A stretch of DNA of 64,000 nt, from positions 13,253 through 77,252 of the forward strand of contig CAWDYT010000003.1 in NCBI GenBank assembly GCA_963806695.1. Reading direction: 5' to 3'. A program made the translations under genes and the position numbers. The stretch is from an uncultured Chloroflexia bacterium. GTDB lineage: Bacteria > Chloroflexota > Limnocylindria > QHBO01. Below, piece after piece: positions 41,753 through 53,215 of the stretch; the stretch's first letter is position 1; every line of letters starts with the position of its first letter. The notes below the pieces were generated by a model. The model ran no database searches, was not told the DNA's origin, and saw only the letters and a list, made by a program, of their open reading frames with translations.

Positions 41753-43469
41753 GCCGAAGTCCGGCAGCGCGATCTCCGCGAGCCGCGGCTGTGGTGCGCT
41801 CACGGGGACGCCTCGGGCTGCCACGTTCGGAGCTCGCCGGCGGCAGCGGTCGACGGTCACGAACCCGTTCGCGTTGACCCGCTGCCAGTCGCCGACCGTG
41901 CCGTCCGGCCAGGTCACTCGCACCTCCGCCTCCTCGGCGGTACCGAGCCCGAAGTGCATCCAGCCGAGCTGCCCGCAAACGTGGCCGCCGCCGACCGTCA
42001 GCTCGACCAGGCTCGTGCGCCCGTCGGCGCGGACCTCGACCCACGCGCCGATCGCATCGCGGTTTGCGCCCGCCTGCGCCGGCCGCACGGCCAGCCAGTT
42101 GCCCATCGGCGCCGGCGCCTCCGCCGTGCCGGCGCCGACGTTGCGCCAGAGGGTGACGCGCTCGCGACGGTTGACGACGACTAGGTCGAGCAGCCCGTCG
42201 AGGTTGAGGTCGACCAGCGATCCGCCGCGAGCGCGCGCGAAGCTGACGATCCCGGCGTCCTCGCCGCCCTCCACGAAGGTGCCGTCGGCCTGGCCGATGA
42301 GCAGGTTGTTCGGGTCACGCATCGCGTAGTCGGCCTGGGCCTCGACGTTGCCCTTGGCGACGAAGAGGTCCGCGAAGCCGTCGTTGTTCACGTCGTTGAA
42401 CTCGGCATGCCATGCCGTTGAGCGCATCTCGATGTCGCCCGCGTACGGCTCGTGCGCGGTCGCCCCTCGGCTGATGGCGATGTCGACGTACTCCGGCCGG
42501 CTCGGCCCGGCGGCAAGCGTCTGGAGCTTGTTGTCGGCCTGGCTGGTCAGGTAGACCTCCGGGTAGCCGTCCCCGGTCAGGTCGCGGCTGGCGATCCCCA
42601 TGCCAAAGACGCGAAGCGGCTGCCAGCCCTCCTCGTGCGTCCACAGCCGCGGGGCTGCGCCGGGTTCGATCCGCCACAGCTGTTCCTCGCCCGCGGTGTA
42701 GTAGTGGCGGTCGTTCGAAACGCGCAGGTCGCGTCGGCCGGATCGGTCCCAGTCGCTGAACAGCAGCGACAGCGTGCAGTAGCTCGGGCTGAGCGGGACC
42801 GGAGCGCCGTACGGTCGCCACCGTCCGGGCGGAAGAGCGCGTCGTCGTCGCAGTTGTAGTCACGCGTCGGCTCATCGTCCTCGGGACGAGGTAGTTGCCG
42901 ACGGCGAGCGTCGGGCAGGTCCGTCGCTCGTCCTCCCACGTGGCGCTGAAGGCCGTGGTCCAGGCATCTCCGCCATCGAAGCCGAAACGCTCGTTCGCGC
43001 GCTCGAAGCCGCAGTCGCCGAGGCCCGCGCAGCAGGACGTTCTCGCCGCGCCGCAGGACGACGAGGTCGCCCAGCGCCGTCCGCGTCGACGTCGAGCGGG
43101 TATGCGCCGGTCACGGCGTCGAGGTCGGTGGCCGGGGCGGGGAACCGGCTCGAAGGCGAGCTCGCCGCCGATCTCGGCCGACGATTGCGGTACAGCGCCG
43201 CCGGCTCGGCGCCGCCGGCGAGATAGAGGTCGGGGCGACCGTCGGCGTCGCAGTCGAGCACCGCCACGCCTCCGCCGACGAAGTACTGTGAACTCGCCGT
43301 CGTAGCGGTGATCGATGCCTGCACTCGCAGCCTCGTCGACGAAAGCCGGAGCGCCGAGTGCTGTCCCTGGGACGGGCTCGCCGGCGCCGAGGAGGAAGCC
43401 GCCGATGACGATGCCTGCCACGAGCAGGACACCCGCGGCGATGGCGGCTGGTGCTGCTCGGCGCATCAT
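41753..43469 (-). pseudogene. CRTAC1-family secreted protein (FG-GAP repeats plus ASPIC/UnbV domain), disrupted by several frameshifts
   Basis: An N-terminal signal anchor with FVDEAASAGIDHRYDGEF lies in the frame of 43469. An FG-GAP fragment (CDADGRPDLYLAGGAEPAALYRN) lies in the frame of 43432. FG-GAP and ASPIC/UnbV segments (NDGFADLFV; LNLDGLLDLVVVNRRERVTLWRN; AWVEVRADGRTSLVEL; VRVTWPDGTV) lie in the frame of 42601. At least three frame changes are present. Confidence 0.6.
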
Positions 43470-43589
43470 CGGACCCGCATTGTAGGCAGCGGCATGGCGG
43501 GTCGCCGGCGGGGCGTCCAGGACCGCAGCACCTGCAGCCGCGCCCCCGGCCGGGTCGCGGCACCGACGACCGGGAGTTGGGACCGAGCG

Positions 43590-44597
43590 TCAGGACAGGT
43601 CCTGGCTGCCACCCTGCTCAGCCGAGGCGAATAGCCGCTCGATGACCCGCAGGTTGGCGACCCGTCGGCCGGATCGACCGGCACCGGCCGATCCTCGAGG
43701 ATGGCGGTCGCGAAGGCATCGGCTTCCACGGTGTAGGGATCCGCGGCCGGAACGGTGATCGTCTCGATGAGTGGGGCGACCGGGGGATCGCCGCCAGCCG
43801 CCAACGAAGATGTGGGTCGGCCGATCGGGCGGGATGTTGAACGGGATCTCGATCGAGATCCGTCCCGTCGTGCCGAAGATGTGCACCCGCTGGTCGTCCT
43901 CGGCGCGGGTCGAGCAGGTGAAATCGGCGACACCCTGATCGAAGCCGAGGATGCCCGTGGTCACGATGTCGACTCCGCCGACCGGGTCGCGGACGATGAC
44001 GGCCTCGACGCGATCTGGCTCGGCTCCGAACAGCATGCGCGACAGGTTCACGCAGTAGCAGCCGATGTCGTACATGGCGCCGCCGCCCGCGTCGAGGATG
44101 TTTCGGATGTTCATCGGGTCGTCGTTGTAGAACGAGAACCAGCTCTGCACGGCTGTCAGCCGACCGATGCGCCCAGACGCCACGAGCTCGCGCACGGCCC
44201 CCCACGACGGATGGAGCCGGTACATGAACGCCTCCATCAGGCGCATCCCTGTGCGCTCGGCGACGGTGATCATCCGTTGCGCGTCCGCAGCGGTCAGCGC
44301 CAGGGGCTTCTCACACAGCACGTGCTTGCCGGCTTCCATCGCGGCGATCGCCCACGTGGCGTGGAGGTGGTTCGGCAGCGGGATGTACACCGCCTCCACT
44401 TCGGGGTCCGCGAGCAGGGCCTCGTACGACCCATGGGCGGTGGGAATGCCGAGCTCGGCCGCGACGCGCGCTCCCACCGCCGAATCGCGGGAGGCGATGG
44501 CGACGACCTCGCAATGCTCGCCGCGTTGGATTGCCGGGATCACCTTGAAGCGCCCGATGGCCGCCGTGGAGAGGACCCCCCAGCGCAGCCGTCGCAT
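43590..44597 (-). CDS. Gfo/Idh/MocA family oxidoreductase; C-terminal region has two apparent frameshifts
   Basis: The N-terminal Rossmann fold is LRWGVLSTAAIGRFKVIPA...EKPLALT. The C-terminal dimerisation segment (ETITVPAADPYTVEADAFATAILEDRPVPVD) sits in the frame of 43933. The protein then returns to the main frame for the final 20 aa. Confidence 0.75.
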   Translation of the reverse strand: MRRLRWGVLSTAAIGRFKVIPAIQRGEHCEVVAIASRDSAVGARVAAELGIPTAHGSYEALLADPEVEAVYIPLPNHLHATWAIAAMEAGKHVLCEKPLALTAADAQRMITVAERTGMRLMEAFMYRLHPSWGAVRELVASGRIGRLTAVQSWFSFYNDDPMNIRNILDAGGGAMYDIGCYCVNLSRMLFGAEPDRVEAVIVRDPVGGVDIVTTGILGFDQGVADFTCSTRAEDDQRVHIFGTTGRISIEIPFNIPPDRPTHIFVGGWRRSPGRPTHRDDHRSGRGSLHRGSRCLRDRHPRGSAGAGRSGRRVANLRVIERLFASAEQGGSQDLS

Positions 44598-44690
44598 CGG
44601 TCAGGGCCCTCCGTGGCTGTCCGTATTGACATGCGTCGTCGCGATGTACGAGTCTACGTCAACATTTGAAAGAGAGGAACACAAATCCTC

Positions 44691-45933
44691 GTGAGGACGC
44701 TTCCGGACGTCGTGGGCCAGCGCAGCGAGACGGTGCGGCGCTCGAACCTGAGCGGGATCGCGCGCGCGGTGCACGCCGGTGGGCCGCTGTCGCGGTCGGA
44801 GCTCGTGGCCCACACGGGGCTGACACGCAGTGCGGTGCGCTCCCTCGTCGGCGAGCTCGTCGCCGGTGGCATGCTGGTCGAGACGCGCAACGAGCCGGCC
44901 GGGGTGCCGGGACGGCCTTCGCCGCTCGTCCATGCCGACCCGGACGGGGCCGTCGTCCTGGCTCTCGAGATCAATGTCGACTCCCTCGCGGCCGCACGTG
45001 TCGGGATGGGGGGAACCGTTCAACAGCTCATCCGGGTGGATCGGCCGCGCGAGCACGTGACTGTGGACGAGATCGTCTCCGACGTGGTGGACCTTGCCGA
45101 GCCGATCCTCACCGCGACTGACGCGGACGCCCTCGTGGGCATCGGCGTGGGGGTGGCGGGCATCGTGAGCCGCAGCGACGGCGTGGTGCGAATGGCACCC
45201 AACCTTGGCTGGCGTGACGTACCACTGGGCGCTCGCCTCGCCACCGCACTCCCGTCGAACGCGCCGTTAGCCGTCGGGAACGAGGCGGACCTCGGAGGGC
45301 TGGCGGAGCTGCGTCGCGGCGCAGCGCGCGGCGTGGAGGACGTCCTCTACGTCACGGGCGAGGTCGGCGTGGGCGGCAACCTGGTCAGTGCCGGCCAACC
45401 GCTTCTCGGGGCCGCCGGATTCGCGGGCGAGATCGGGCACATGGTGGTGAACCCCGACGGCGTGCCCTGTGGCTGCGGATCGAGAGGGTGCTGGGAAACG
45501 GAGATCGGTGAGCGGGCGATGCTCGCTGCCGCGGGGCGCTCGCCGGATGGCGGTCGCGCCGCGGTCGACGAGGTGATCGCGGCTGCCTACGCCGGGGAGC
45601 CTGCCGCCCGCGACGGGGTTGCCAGGGTCGGCCGGTGGCTCGGACTGGGCATTGCTTCGCTCGTCAACGTCCTGAATCCCACCCTGGTAGTGCTCGGTGG
45701 CGTCCTCGAGCGCATTCACCCGCTCGTCGCCGACGATCTGACCGCACATCTCGAGCGACGAGCCCTGCCCGCCGCTCGCCAGCTCGTGCGCGTCGTCCCG
45801 GGTGCGCTGGGGGTGAGTGCGCCTGATCATCGGCGCCGCCGAGCTTGCCTTCGAGCCGATGCTCGCCGACCCGGCTGCTCGCCTGGCCGTCGTTCGAGGC
45901 CGGCGGCCGGCGCTGGCGCGGGCCAGCGCTTGA
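44691..45933 (+). CDS. ROK family transcriptional regulator (XylR-like repressor), with a frameshift near 45822
   Basis: The N-terminal wHTH is NLSGIARAVHAGGPLSRSELVAHTGLTRSAVRSLVGEL. The ROK sugar-kinase-like domain contains the Zn motif CGCGSRGCWET. The C-terminus (LIIGAAELAFEPMLADPAARLAVV..) is recovered in the +1 frame. Confidence 0.8.
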
Positions 45934-46094
45934 GTCATGTCATCCATCGGGCGCGCGGACGCGCCTGAGACGGAGCGAGGAGCGGAACGAGGAGGATCTT
46001 GAGAGAAAGGGCTTGACAGTGGAGTAGCCTACCTACTTCGGGCAATGAAGTGCCGCGCAGGCGCGGGGGGCCCGTTATCGGAGGAGCAAATCGG

Positions 46095-47350
46095 ATGATG
46101 ATTCGGAGGATGGCCGCGGGCCTGGGCACGTTGGCCCTTGTGCTGGCCGCGTGCGGTGATGACGGAGGCGCGTCCCAGGCGGCCTCGTCGGATGGCGGTG
46201 GCGCGTCCGCTGGAGCTGGGGGCGACTGCTCGGTCGGCGTCTCGTGGAACAACTTCGAGCAGCCCCGCTGGGCAGCGAACGACAAGCCGAACATGCAGGG
46301 GACGATCGAGGCCGGGGGCGGCACGTACACCGGACGTCGACGCCGACCTCGACAGCGCCCAGCAGCAGACCGACGTCGAGACGCTCATCAACGGCGGCGC
46401 GGACGTGCTCGTGCTGCTCGCGCAGGACATCAGGACGCTGCGCTCGCGGCGATCGAGGTCGCCAGCAGAACGCCGGCATCCCGATCATCGCCTATGACCG
46501 GCTCATCGAGGACCCGGAGCGTCCTGTACATCACGTTCGACAACGTCGGCGTCGGCCGAGCCGAGGCCGAGGCGCATCTTCGAGGCCGTGCCCGACGGGC
46601 AACTACGTCCTCATCAAGGGCGACCCGGGCGACCCCAACGCCTCCACGTTCCTGCCGCAGGGCTGGGACGAGGCAGGCCTGCCAGGACAAGGTCGACGCC
46701 GGTGAGATCGACGATCCTCGCCGACCAGTTCACCGACGGCTGGCGCACCGAGACGGCCCAGAACAACATGGAGGCGATCATCGACGCCGCCAACGCCGAC
46801 GGCGTCACGATCGACGCCATCCTGGCCGAGAACGACAGCACGGCGCTCGGCGTCGTCGGCGGCGCTCCAGAGCAAGGGCCTCGACCCGATCCCGCTCAGC
46901 GGCCAGGACGGCGACCCGGCGAACCTGCAGAACGTGGCCGCCGGCTGGCAGTACGTGGACGTCTGGAAGGACACCAACGAGCTCGGCAAGGTCGCCGGCG
47001 CGGCCGCGCTCCAGCTCTGCGAGGGCGTCGCCATGGCGGACCTGACCATCCCCGACGGCCTCATCGACGAGGCGGTCGTGCCCGACGGCGGGCACGCCGG
47101 CCGGCGACCTTCGAGACCCCAGGCGGCAACACCGTCACCTCGTTCATCCTGCAGCCGACGCCGATCACCGCAGGAGAACCTGAACCTGGTGGTCGATGCC
47201 GGCTGGATCGACGCAGGACGTCCTGTGCGCCAACGTCGACGATCCGGCGCGCGCGGCTCCGATCTGCGCGGATGCGGCGCGCGGACGATCGCCGGCAGCG
47301 GCGCCGGCGGCGTCGGCAGCAGCGTCCTGAGCGATCGCTCGAACCAGTAG
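46095..47350 (+). pseudogene. xylF: Sugar (xylose-type) ABC transporter substrate-binding lipoprotein, XylF-like, heavily frameshifted
   Basis: The start is an ATG with a GAGGAG RBS. There is a lipoprotein signal (MMIRRMAAGLGTLALVLAACG). Periplasmic-binding-protein segments are scattered over three frames (VGVSWNNFEQPRW; TLINGGADVLVLLAQD; GIPIIAYDRLIED; YVLIKGDPGDPNAS; WQYVDVWKDTNELGK). At least 8 frame changes are present. Confidence 0.6.
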
Positions 47351-47399
47351 TCGCACGCGACCTGCGCTCCGGCGTGACCGGGACGCAGGGCGCTCGTTC

Positions 47400-48790
47400 A
47401 TGCGAGCCCGGAGAGTCGACCCGATGAGCCGACATCGCCGACGCCACGCCGGACACGCAGACGCCGGCGCTCGCCGCGCCCCTCGGTCGCGCGAGCATGC
47501 TCGCGGCGACCGAGGTCGACGTGCGCCTGTTCGGCATGCTCGTCGCGCTCGCTCGTCATCCTCGTCGGCTTCCACATCCTCTCCGGCGGCACGCTCATCA
47601 GCCCGGCGAACATGGTCACGCTCGCGGTGCAGGCGAGCGGCACGCGCGATCATGGCGACGGGCATGGTGCTCATCATCGTGTCCCGCAACATCGACCTCT
47701 CGGTCGGGTCCCAGGTCGGCGTCATGGCGATGGTCTACGCGCGTGCTGCATGACCGACATCCTGCCCAACGTCATCGGGCTCCCGGGTGGGCAGCCCGTT
47801 CATGTGGATCGTCGCGCTCGCGCTCGGCGTCGGGCTCGGCGCGTTCATCGGCGGCTTCCAGGGCTTCATCATCGCCTACATCGGCGTGCCCTCCTTCGTC
47901 GTCACGCTCGGCGGCCTGCTGGCCCTGCGCGGCGTCGTCTGGGTGCTGTCCGAGGGCGCCGTCGTCACCGGCATCGACCAGACGTTCCGCCAGGTCGGCG
48001 GCGGCGCCCCGGGTCGCTCGGCGGTGAGGTGACGTGGGTCCTCGGCGATCGTCGGCCTGCGTCGGCGATCGTCGGCTTCATCATCTACAACCGCCGGCAG
48101 CGGCAGCAAGTTCGGCTTCCCGCTGCGGCCGATGTGGGCCGAGGTCCTCGTCGGCGTCGCTCGGCTGCGCGGTCGTCCTCGGCCTCGTCGCGTATCGCCA
48201 ACGCCAACGTCTGCCCGCACCGGCGTCGCGCACCCAATACGCGCGAGGAGCGCGGCATCGCGGAGCCGCAGGGCGGCTCTCGAGCATCCCGATGGGCATC
48301 CCTGGCCGATCATCCTGCTGATCGGCGTCGACGCTCGTGATGACCTTCATCGCCACGCGCCGGCGCTTCGGTCGCTACGTCTACGCCTACGGCGGCAACC
48401 CCGACGCCGCGGACCTCGCCGGCATCAACACCCGCTGGACGATCATGAAGACGTTCATCGCTCATGGGCGTCCTCTGCGCCATCGCCGCGGCCATCGTCG
48501 TCGGCCGGCTCAACGGCGCCGCCCAGGACCTCGGCTCGAGCGACGAGCTCTACGTCATCGCCGCCGCGGTCGTCGGCGGCACGTCGTTCGCCGGCGGCAT
48601 CGGCACGATCCCGGCGCGGTCCTCGGCGCCTTCGTCATGCAGTCGCTGTCCTACGGGCTGGCCTTCATGGGCGTGCCCTCGCCGATCGCAGAACATCGTG
48701 GCCGGCATCGTCCTCGTGGTCGCCGTGGGCTTCGACACGTGGAACCGCCGTCGCGGTGGCGGCCAGACCGCGACCGCACGGCCCGATGAG
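47400..48790 (+). pseudogene. xylH: Sugar ABC transporter permease (XylH-like), heavily frameshifted
   Basis: Permease segments lie in alternating frames (TLAVQASG..IMATGMVLIIVSRNIDLSVGSQVGVMAMVYA; MWIVALALGVGLGAFIGGFQGFIIAYIGVPSFVVTLGGLLALRG; [19 protein letters not shown]; [22 protein letters not shown]). Boundaries are approximate. Confidence 0.55.
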
Positions 48791-49585
48791 CGGTCAGCCG
48801 AGCGCGTCGCCGCTGGTCGAGATGCGCGACATCCACGTCGCCTTCGGCGGCGTGCAGGCCGTCGACGACGTGACGATCGACCTGCTACGCGGGCGAGGTC
48901 GTCGGCCTCGTCGGCGGCAACGGAGCCGGCAAGTCGACGCTGATGCGCGTGCTGTCCGGGGCGCATCCGGCCGACTCGGGCGAGATCCTCGATCGACGGG
49001 GAGGCCCAGGTCGATCCGCAACACGCGCGACGCCAAGAGCTCAAGATCGAGACGATCTACCAGACGCTCGCGCTGGCGGACAACATCGCAGCGCCCGGCA
49101 ACGTCTTCCTCGGGCCGCGAGCTCGATGACGCGCTGGGGCACCCTCGACGACGGTGCGATGGAGGACGCCACGCGGAAGGTGATGGGCGCGCCTCAACCC
49201 GAACTTCACGCAACTTCACGCACGCCGGTCGTGTCCCTCTCCGGCGGGCAGCGCCAGGCGGTCGCGATCGCGCGAGCGGTCCATTTCAACGCGCGCATCC
49301 TGATCATGGACGAGCCCACCGCCGCGCTCGGTCCGGCCGAGACCGCGCAGGTGCGCGACCTCATCCGCCAGCTGAAGAGCGAAGGCATCGGCATCTTCCT
49401 GATCAGCCACGACATCCACGACGTGTTCGACCTGTCGGACCGGATCGCGCGTCATGTACCACGGCCGCATCGTCGGCATCGTCAACAAGGCCGACGTCAC
49501 GACGGACGAGGTCCTCGGCATGATCATCCTCGGCAAGAAGCCGGTCGAGGTGACCCGCGAGGAGCTCGCAGAGCTGCGCGTCTGA
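48786..49585 (+). pseudogene. xylG: Sugar ABC transporter ATP-binding protein (single ABC domain), frameshifted
   Basis: Walker A is GEVVGLVGGNGAGKSTL. The ABC signature is [15 protein letters not shown]. Walker B is [12 protein letters not shown], followed by the H-loop ISHDIHDV. These span three frames. The stop is at 49583-49585. Confidence 0.6.
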
Positions 49586-49588
49586 CCC

Positions 49589-51091
49589 CTACCGCGCTCC
49601 ACCCTGGGCGTGGAAGATGGGCGCCAACGCTGGATACAGGGCCCGGTACGACGCCAGCGCCTCCGTGTAGGCCGACACGTCCGGTCCCGGCTCGGCGATC
49701 GGGGTGACCCGCACCACCCGATCCGCCGCGCTGGCCGACGTCGGGGAACCATTCCGCGCCCACGGCCGCAAGCATGGCGGCGCCGAAGGCGGCGCCCTCG
49801 GCCGTGGCGACCGTCGCGATCTCGGCCTGGAGCACATCGGCGAGGATCTGGCGCCACGTGGCGCTCGCGATCCCGCCGCCCGATGCCCGGATCTGGTCGG
49901 GGGCGGCGAGGCCGGTGGCCGTCATCTGCTCCAGGCCGTCGCGCAGGCCGAACGCCACGCCCTCGAGCACGGCCCGCGCCAGGTGCCGGCGATCGTGCGT
50001 GACGGTCAGGCCGACGAACGCGCCGCGCGCCAGGGGATCCGGGTGCGGGCTTCGCTCGCCGGTGAGGTACGGGAGGAACACGAGCCCGTCGCTGCCCACG
50101 CGCACGGTGGCCGCCTCGGCGTCGAGCGCGGCGAAGTCGAGGTCCGGCGCGAGGGCGTCCCGGAACCAGCGAAGGCTGCCGGCCGCGGAGAGCATCACCG
50201 ACATGAGGTGCCAGCGACCGGGCACCGAGTGGCAGAAGGCATGGACGCGACCGTCGCGCTCGACGAGCGGACGATCGGTGGCCGCGAACACGACGCCCGG
50301 ACGTGCCGAGGGAGAGGGCCACGATCCCCGGATCGACGGCGCCGACGCCGACCGCGTTCGCCGCCTGGTCGCCGCCGCCGGCCACGACGGGCGTGCCCAC
50401 CGCCAGCCCGGTCGCCGCGGCCGCCGCCTTGCGTCACCGCGCCGGTCACCACCGGTCCCTCGGGGTGGTGGGGAGCAGGCCCGGTCGAGCTCGAGCGCCT
50501 CGAGCACGTCGGTCGACCAGTCGCGCGCGGCGAGGTCGAACAGGAGGGTCCCGGCGCCGTCGGCGCGGTCGACTGCATGGTCGCCGGTCAGGCGATGCCG
50601 GACGAAGTCCTTCGGCAGCAGGACGTGCGCGACGCGATCCCAGCGTCCGGGCTCGTGGCGCGCGCACCCAGAGCAGCTTGGGAGCAGTGAACCCGGTGAG
50701 CGCGTCGTTGCCGGTGATCTCGATCAGGCGCTCGGCGCCGACCCGGTCGCGGATCTCGTCGCATCGGCCGCGGTCCGCTGGTCGTTCCACAGGATCGCGG
50801 GGCGCAGCGCTCGTCGGCCGCGTCGAGCAGGACGGCGCCGTGCATCTGCCCGGACAGCCCGACGGCCGCCGACGTCGCCGGCACCGAGGCCGGCGGCGGC
50901 GAGCGCTTCACCGATGGTCGCGTTCTGGGTGGCGTCCCACCACAGCTGCGGGTCCTGCTCGCTCCAGAGCGGCCGCGGGACGTCGTAGTCGTAGCTCCGC
51001 GCTGCCGATGCCCCGGACGCGCCCCGCCTCGTCGACCAGGATGGCCTTCGTCGCGGTCGTCGAGACGTCGAGCCCGAGGACTGAGCGCCAC
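49589..51091 (-). pseudogene. xylB: Xylulokinase, with multiple frameshifts
   Basis: The N-terminus [22 protein letters not shown] and the middle and C-terminal FGGY segments (LVFLPYLTGERSPHPDP; HLARAVLEGVAFGLRDGL; QIRASGGGIASATWRQILADVL) lie in different frames. The probable GTG start at 51091 sits 5 nt after the xylA stop. A 1-bp insertion occurs within the first 5 codons. Confidence 0.65.
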
Positions 51092-51095
51092 GGCG

Positions 51096-52447
51096 TCAGC
51101 GGCTCCGATCGACCGACCAGATCCGGCGGTTGACGACGTTCTCGAGCCGCTCCTGGCCGCCGGAGCGCGGACGCGGCTCGATTCCGTCGCCGACCACGCG
51201 CGCCTCGATCTCGGCGAGCGTGAGCCCGCCACCGAGCATCTCGGCACCGAGCCGGTCCGACCAGCCGGCGTAGCGGCGATCTCGTCTCCGCGGCGAGCGT
51301 CGCCGGCCTCAACCAGGTCGGCGGCCACGAGCAGCGCTCGCGCCAAGGTGTCGATCCCCCCGATGTGCGCGTGGAACAGGTCAGTGCGATCCATGCTCTG
51401 GCGCCGGAGCTTGGCGTCGAAGTTGAATCCGCCGGAGGTGAAGCCGCCGCCGCGCAGGATCTCGTAGAGCGCGAGGGCAAGATCGTCGACCGAGTTCGGG
51501 AACTGGTCGGTGTCCCAGCCGTTCTGCGGGTCGCCACGGTTCATGTCGATGCTGCCGAAGATCCCGCGGCTCAGTGCGACCGCCACCTCGTGCTGGAAGC
51601 TGTGGCCGGCAAGGGTCGCGTGATTCGCCTCGATGTTGACCCGGTACTCGTCGGCCAGGTCGTGGCGGACCAGGAACGAGTCGACCGTCGCCGAGTCGTA
51701 GTCGTACTGGTGCTTCGTGGGCTCCTGCGGCTTGGGCTCGAGAAGCAGGGTGCCCGCGAAGCCGATGCGATGCTTGTGCTCGGCGACCAGGGTCAGGAAT
51801 CGTGCGAGCTGCTCCTCCTCGCGCTCGAGGTCCGTGTTGAGGAGCGTCTCGTAGCCCTCACGACCTCCCCACAGGACGTAGTTCTCGCCGCGCAGGCGGT
51901 TCGTCGTCTCGAGCATGAGCTTCACCTGCGCCGCCGCGTAGGCAAAGACCTCGGGATCCGGGTTCGTCGCTGCGCCGGCCGCGTAGCGTGGGTGACTGAA
52001 GAGGTTGGCGGTGCCCCACAGTAGGCGGGCACCGGTCCGCTGCATGTGACCCTCGATCTCTCCGACGACCGCCTCGAGCATGCTTCGCGTCTCGGCGAAT
52101 GAGGCTCCCTCCGGTGACACATCGCGGTCATGGAAGGTGAAGAACGGCACGCCCAGCTTGTCAACGAACTCGAACGCGGCGTCGAGCTTGGTGCGCGCCG
52201 CCTCCATCGGGTCGGTTCCGGGAGCAAGCCACGGACGGTCGAAGGTCCCCACGCCGAAGACGTCGGACCCGGGCCAGTTGAAGGAGTGCCACAGGCAGAC
52301 CGCGATGCGGAGCTGGTCCTCCATGCGGCTGCCCAGGACCTGGCGGTCGGGCTGGTAGACCTTGAACGTGAGCGGGTCGTCGGAGTCCAGTCCTCCGAAG
52401 CCGATTCGCTCCGGCACGTCGGTGAAGAACTCAGTCACGCCCGCCAT
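51096..52447 (-). CDS. xylA: Xylose isomerase (class II), with a frameshift in the last 60 codons
   Basis: Motifs include [62 protein letters not shown], and [10 protein letters not shown]. The true C-terminus ([12 protein letters not shown]...[15 protein letters not shown]) is found in another frame, ending at 51096. Starts could be ATG 52447 or GTG 52438, both with an AGGAGG RBS. Confidence 0.85.
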
Positions 52448-52502
52448 CCTCCTCGGTGCTCGCCGTCCGCCCGGCGTCGCTCCGACGGTATCAGATGCGT
52501 TT

Positions 52503-52548
52503 GTGAACGAGAAGCACAAATCGTGGTGAACGAGAAGCACACATCGTG
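52503..52548. promoter_or_regulatory. Tandem 23-bp near-identical direct repeat (GTGAACGAGAAGCACA[A/C]ATCGTG x2) in the xylA / acetyltransferase divergent intergenic region
   Basis: Two adjacent copies (52503-52525 and 52526-52548) differ at one base. The repeat is relatively AT-rich and has internal dyad symmetry (GTGAA...GCACA). It lies 56-100 bp upstream of xylA. A related CACAAATC(CT)CGTG motif sits immediately 5' of the ROK regulator start (44680-44693). Confidence 0.5.
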
Positions 52549-52618
52549 GGCGGGACCGGACGGCGGCGCGCGCGGGTCCGGTGCACCCGATAGAATCGGT
52601 CCGCCCCAAGGAGATCGC

Positions 52619-53215
52619 ATGACCCAGCGTGCCGACGTGCGCATCCATTCCACCGCCGAGGTCGCGCCCGATGCGGTCATCGGTCCGGGCACGAGCGTCT
52701 GGAACCAGGCGCAGGTCCGAGAGGGCGCCCGGATCGGCGCGCGATGCGTCATCGGCAAGAACGCCTACGTCGATGCCGGTGTCGCCATCGGCGACGACGT
52801 GAAGATCCAGAACAACGTCAGCCTGTTCCACGGCGTGACGATCGAGGACGGGGTCTTCATCGGTCCGCACGTGTGCTTCACGAATGACCGAGTACCGCGG
52901 GCGATCACGCGGGACGGCCGGCTGAAGACCGATGCGGACTGGGAGGTGAGCCCGATCGTCGTGCGCCACGGTGCGGCGCTGGGCGCCAACAGCACGATAC
53001 TGCCCGGCGTGACCGTCGGCCGCTGGGCGATGGTGGGCGCGGGGAGCGTCGTGACCAGGGACGTCGGCGATCACGAGCTGGTGGCCGGCAACCCGGCGCG
53101 TCGCCTGGGCGCGGCGTGCGCCTGCGGCGAGCCGCTGCGCGACCGGGACGGGCAGCCGTTCCGGGGCGCCTGTCCAAGCTGCGGGCACCCGTTTCCGCCG
53201 GAGCCTGCCGCGTGA
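52619..53215 (+). CDS. Hexapeptide-repeat (left-handed beta-helix) N-acetyltransferase, WbpD/WlbB-like, with a C-terminal Cys4 zinc-ribbon tail
   Basis: The ATG follows an AAGGAG RBS. LbH repeats include [50 protein letters not shown]. The tail is CACGEPL...CPSCGHPF. The stop overlaps the next start (GTGA). Confidence 0.8.
   Translation: MTQRADVRIHSTAEVAPDAVIGPGTSVWNQAQVREGARIGARCVIGKNAYVDAGVAIGDDVKIQNNVSLFHGVTIEDGVFIGPHVCFTNDRVPRAITRDGRLKTDADWEVSPIVVRHGAALGANSTILPGVTVGRWAMVGAGSVVTRDVGDHELVAGNPARRLGAACACGEPLRDRDGQPFRGACPSCGHPFPPEPAA

Noticed and set aside
45934-46094. Sigma-70 promoter upstream of xylF (TTGACA at about 46007)
   Set aside because: A perfect -35-like hexamer is present, but no acceptable -10 element lies at 16-19 nt spacing, so no promoter call is made.
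50588-53188. 866-aa minus-strand ORF
   Set aside because: Composite read-through. It contains xylA (51096-52447), then the upstream intergenic region and antisense of the acetyltransferase gene. The xylA C-terminus itself is in another frame.
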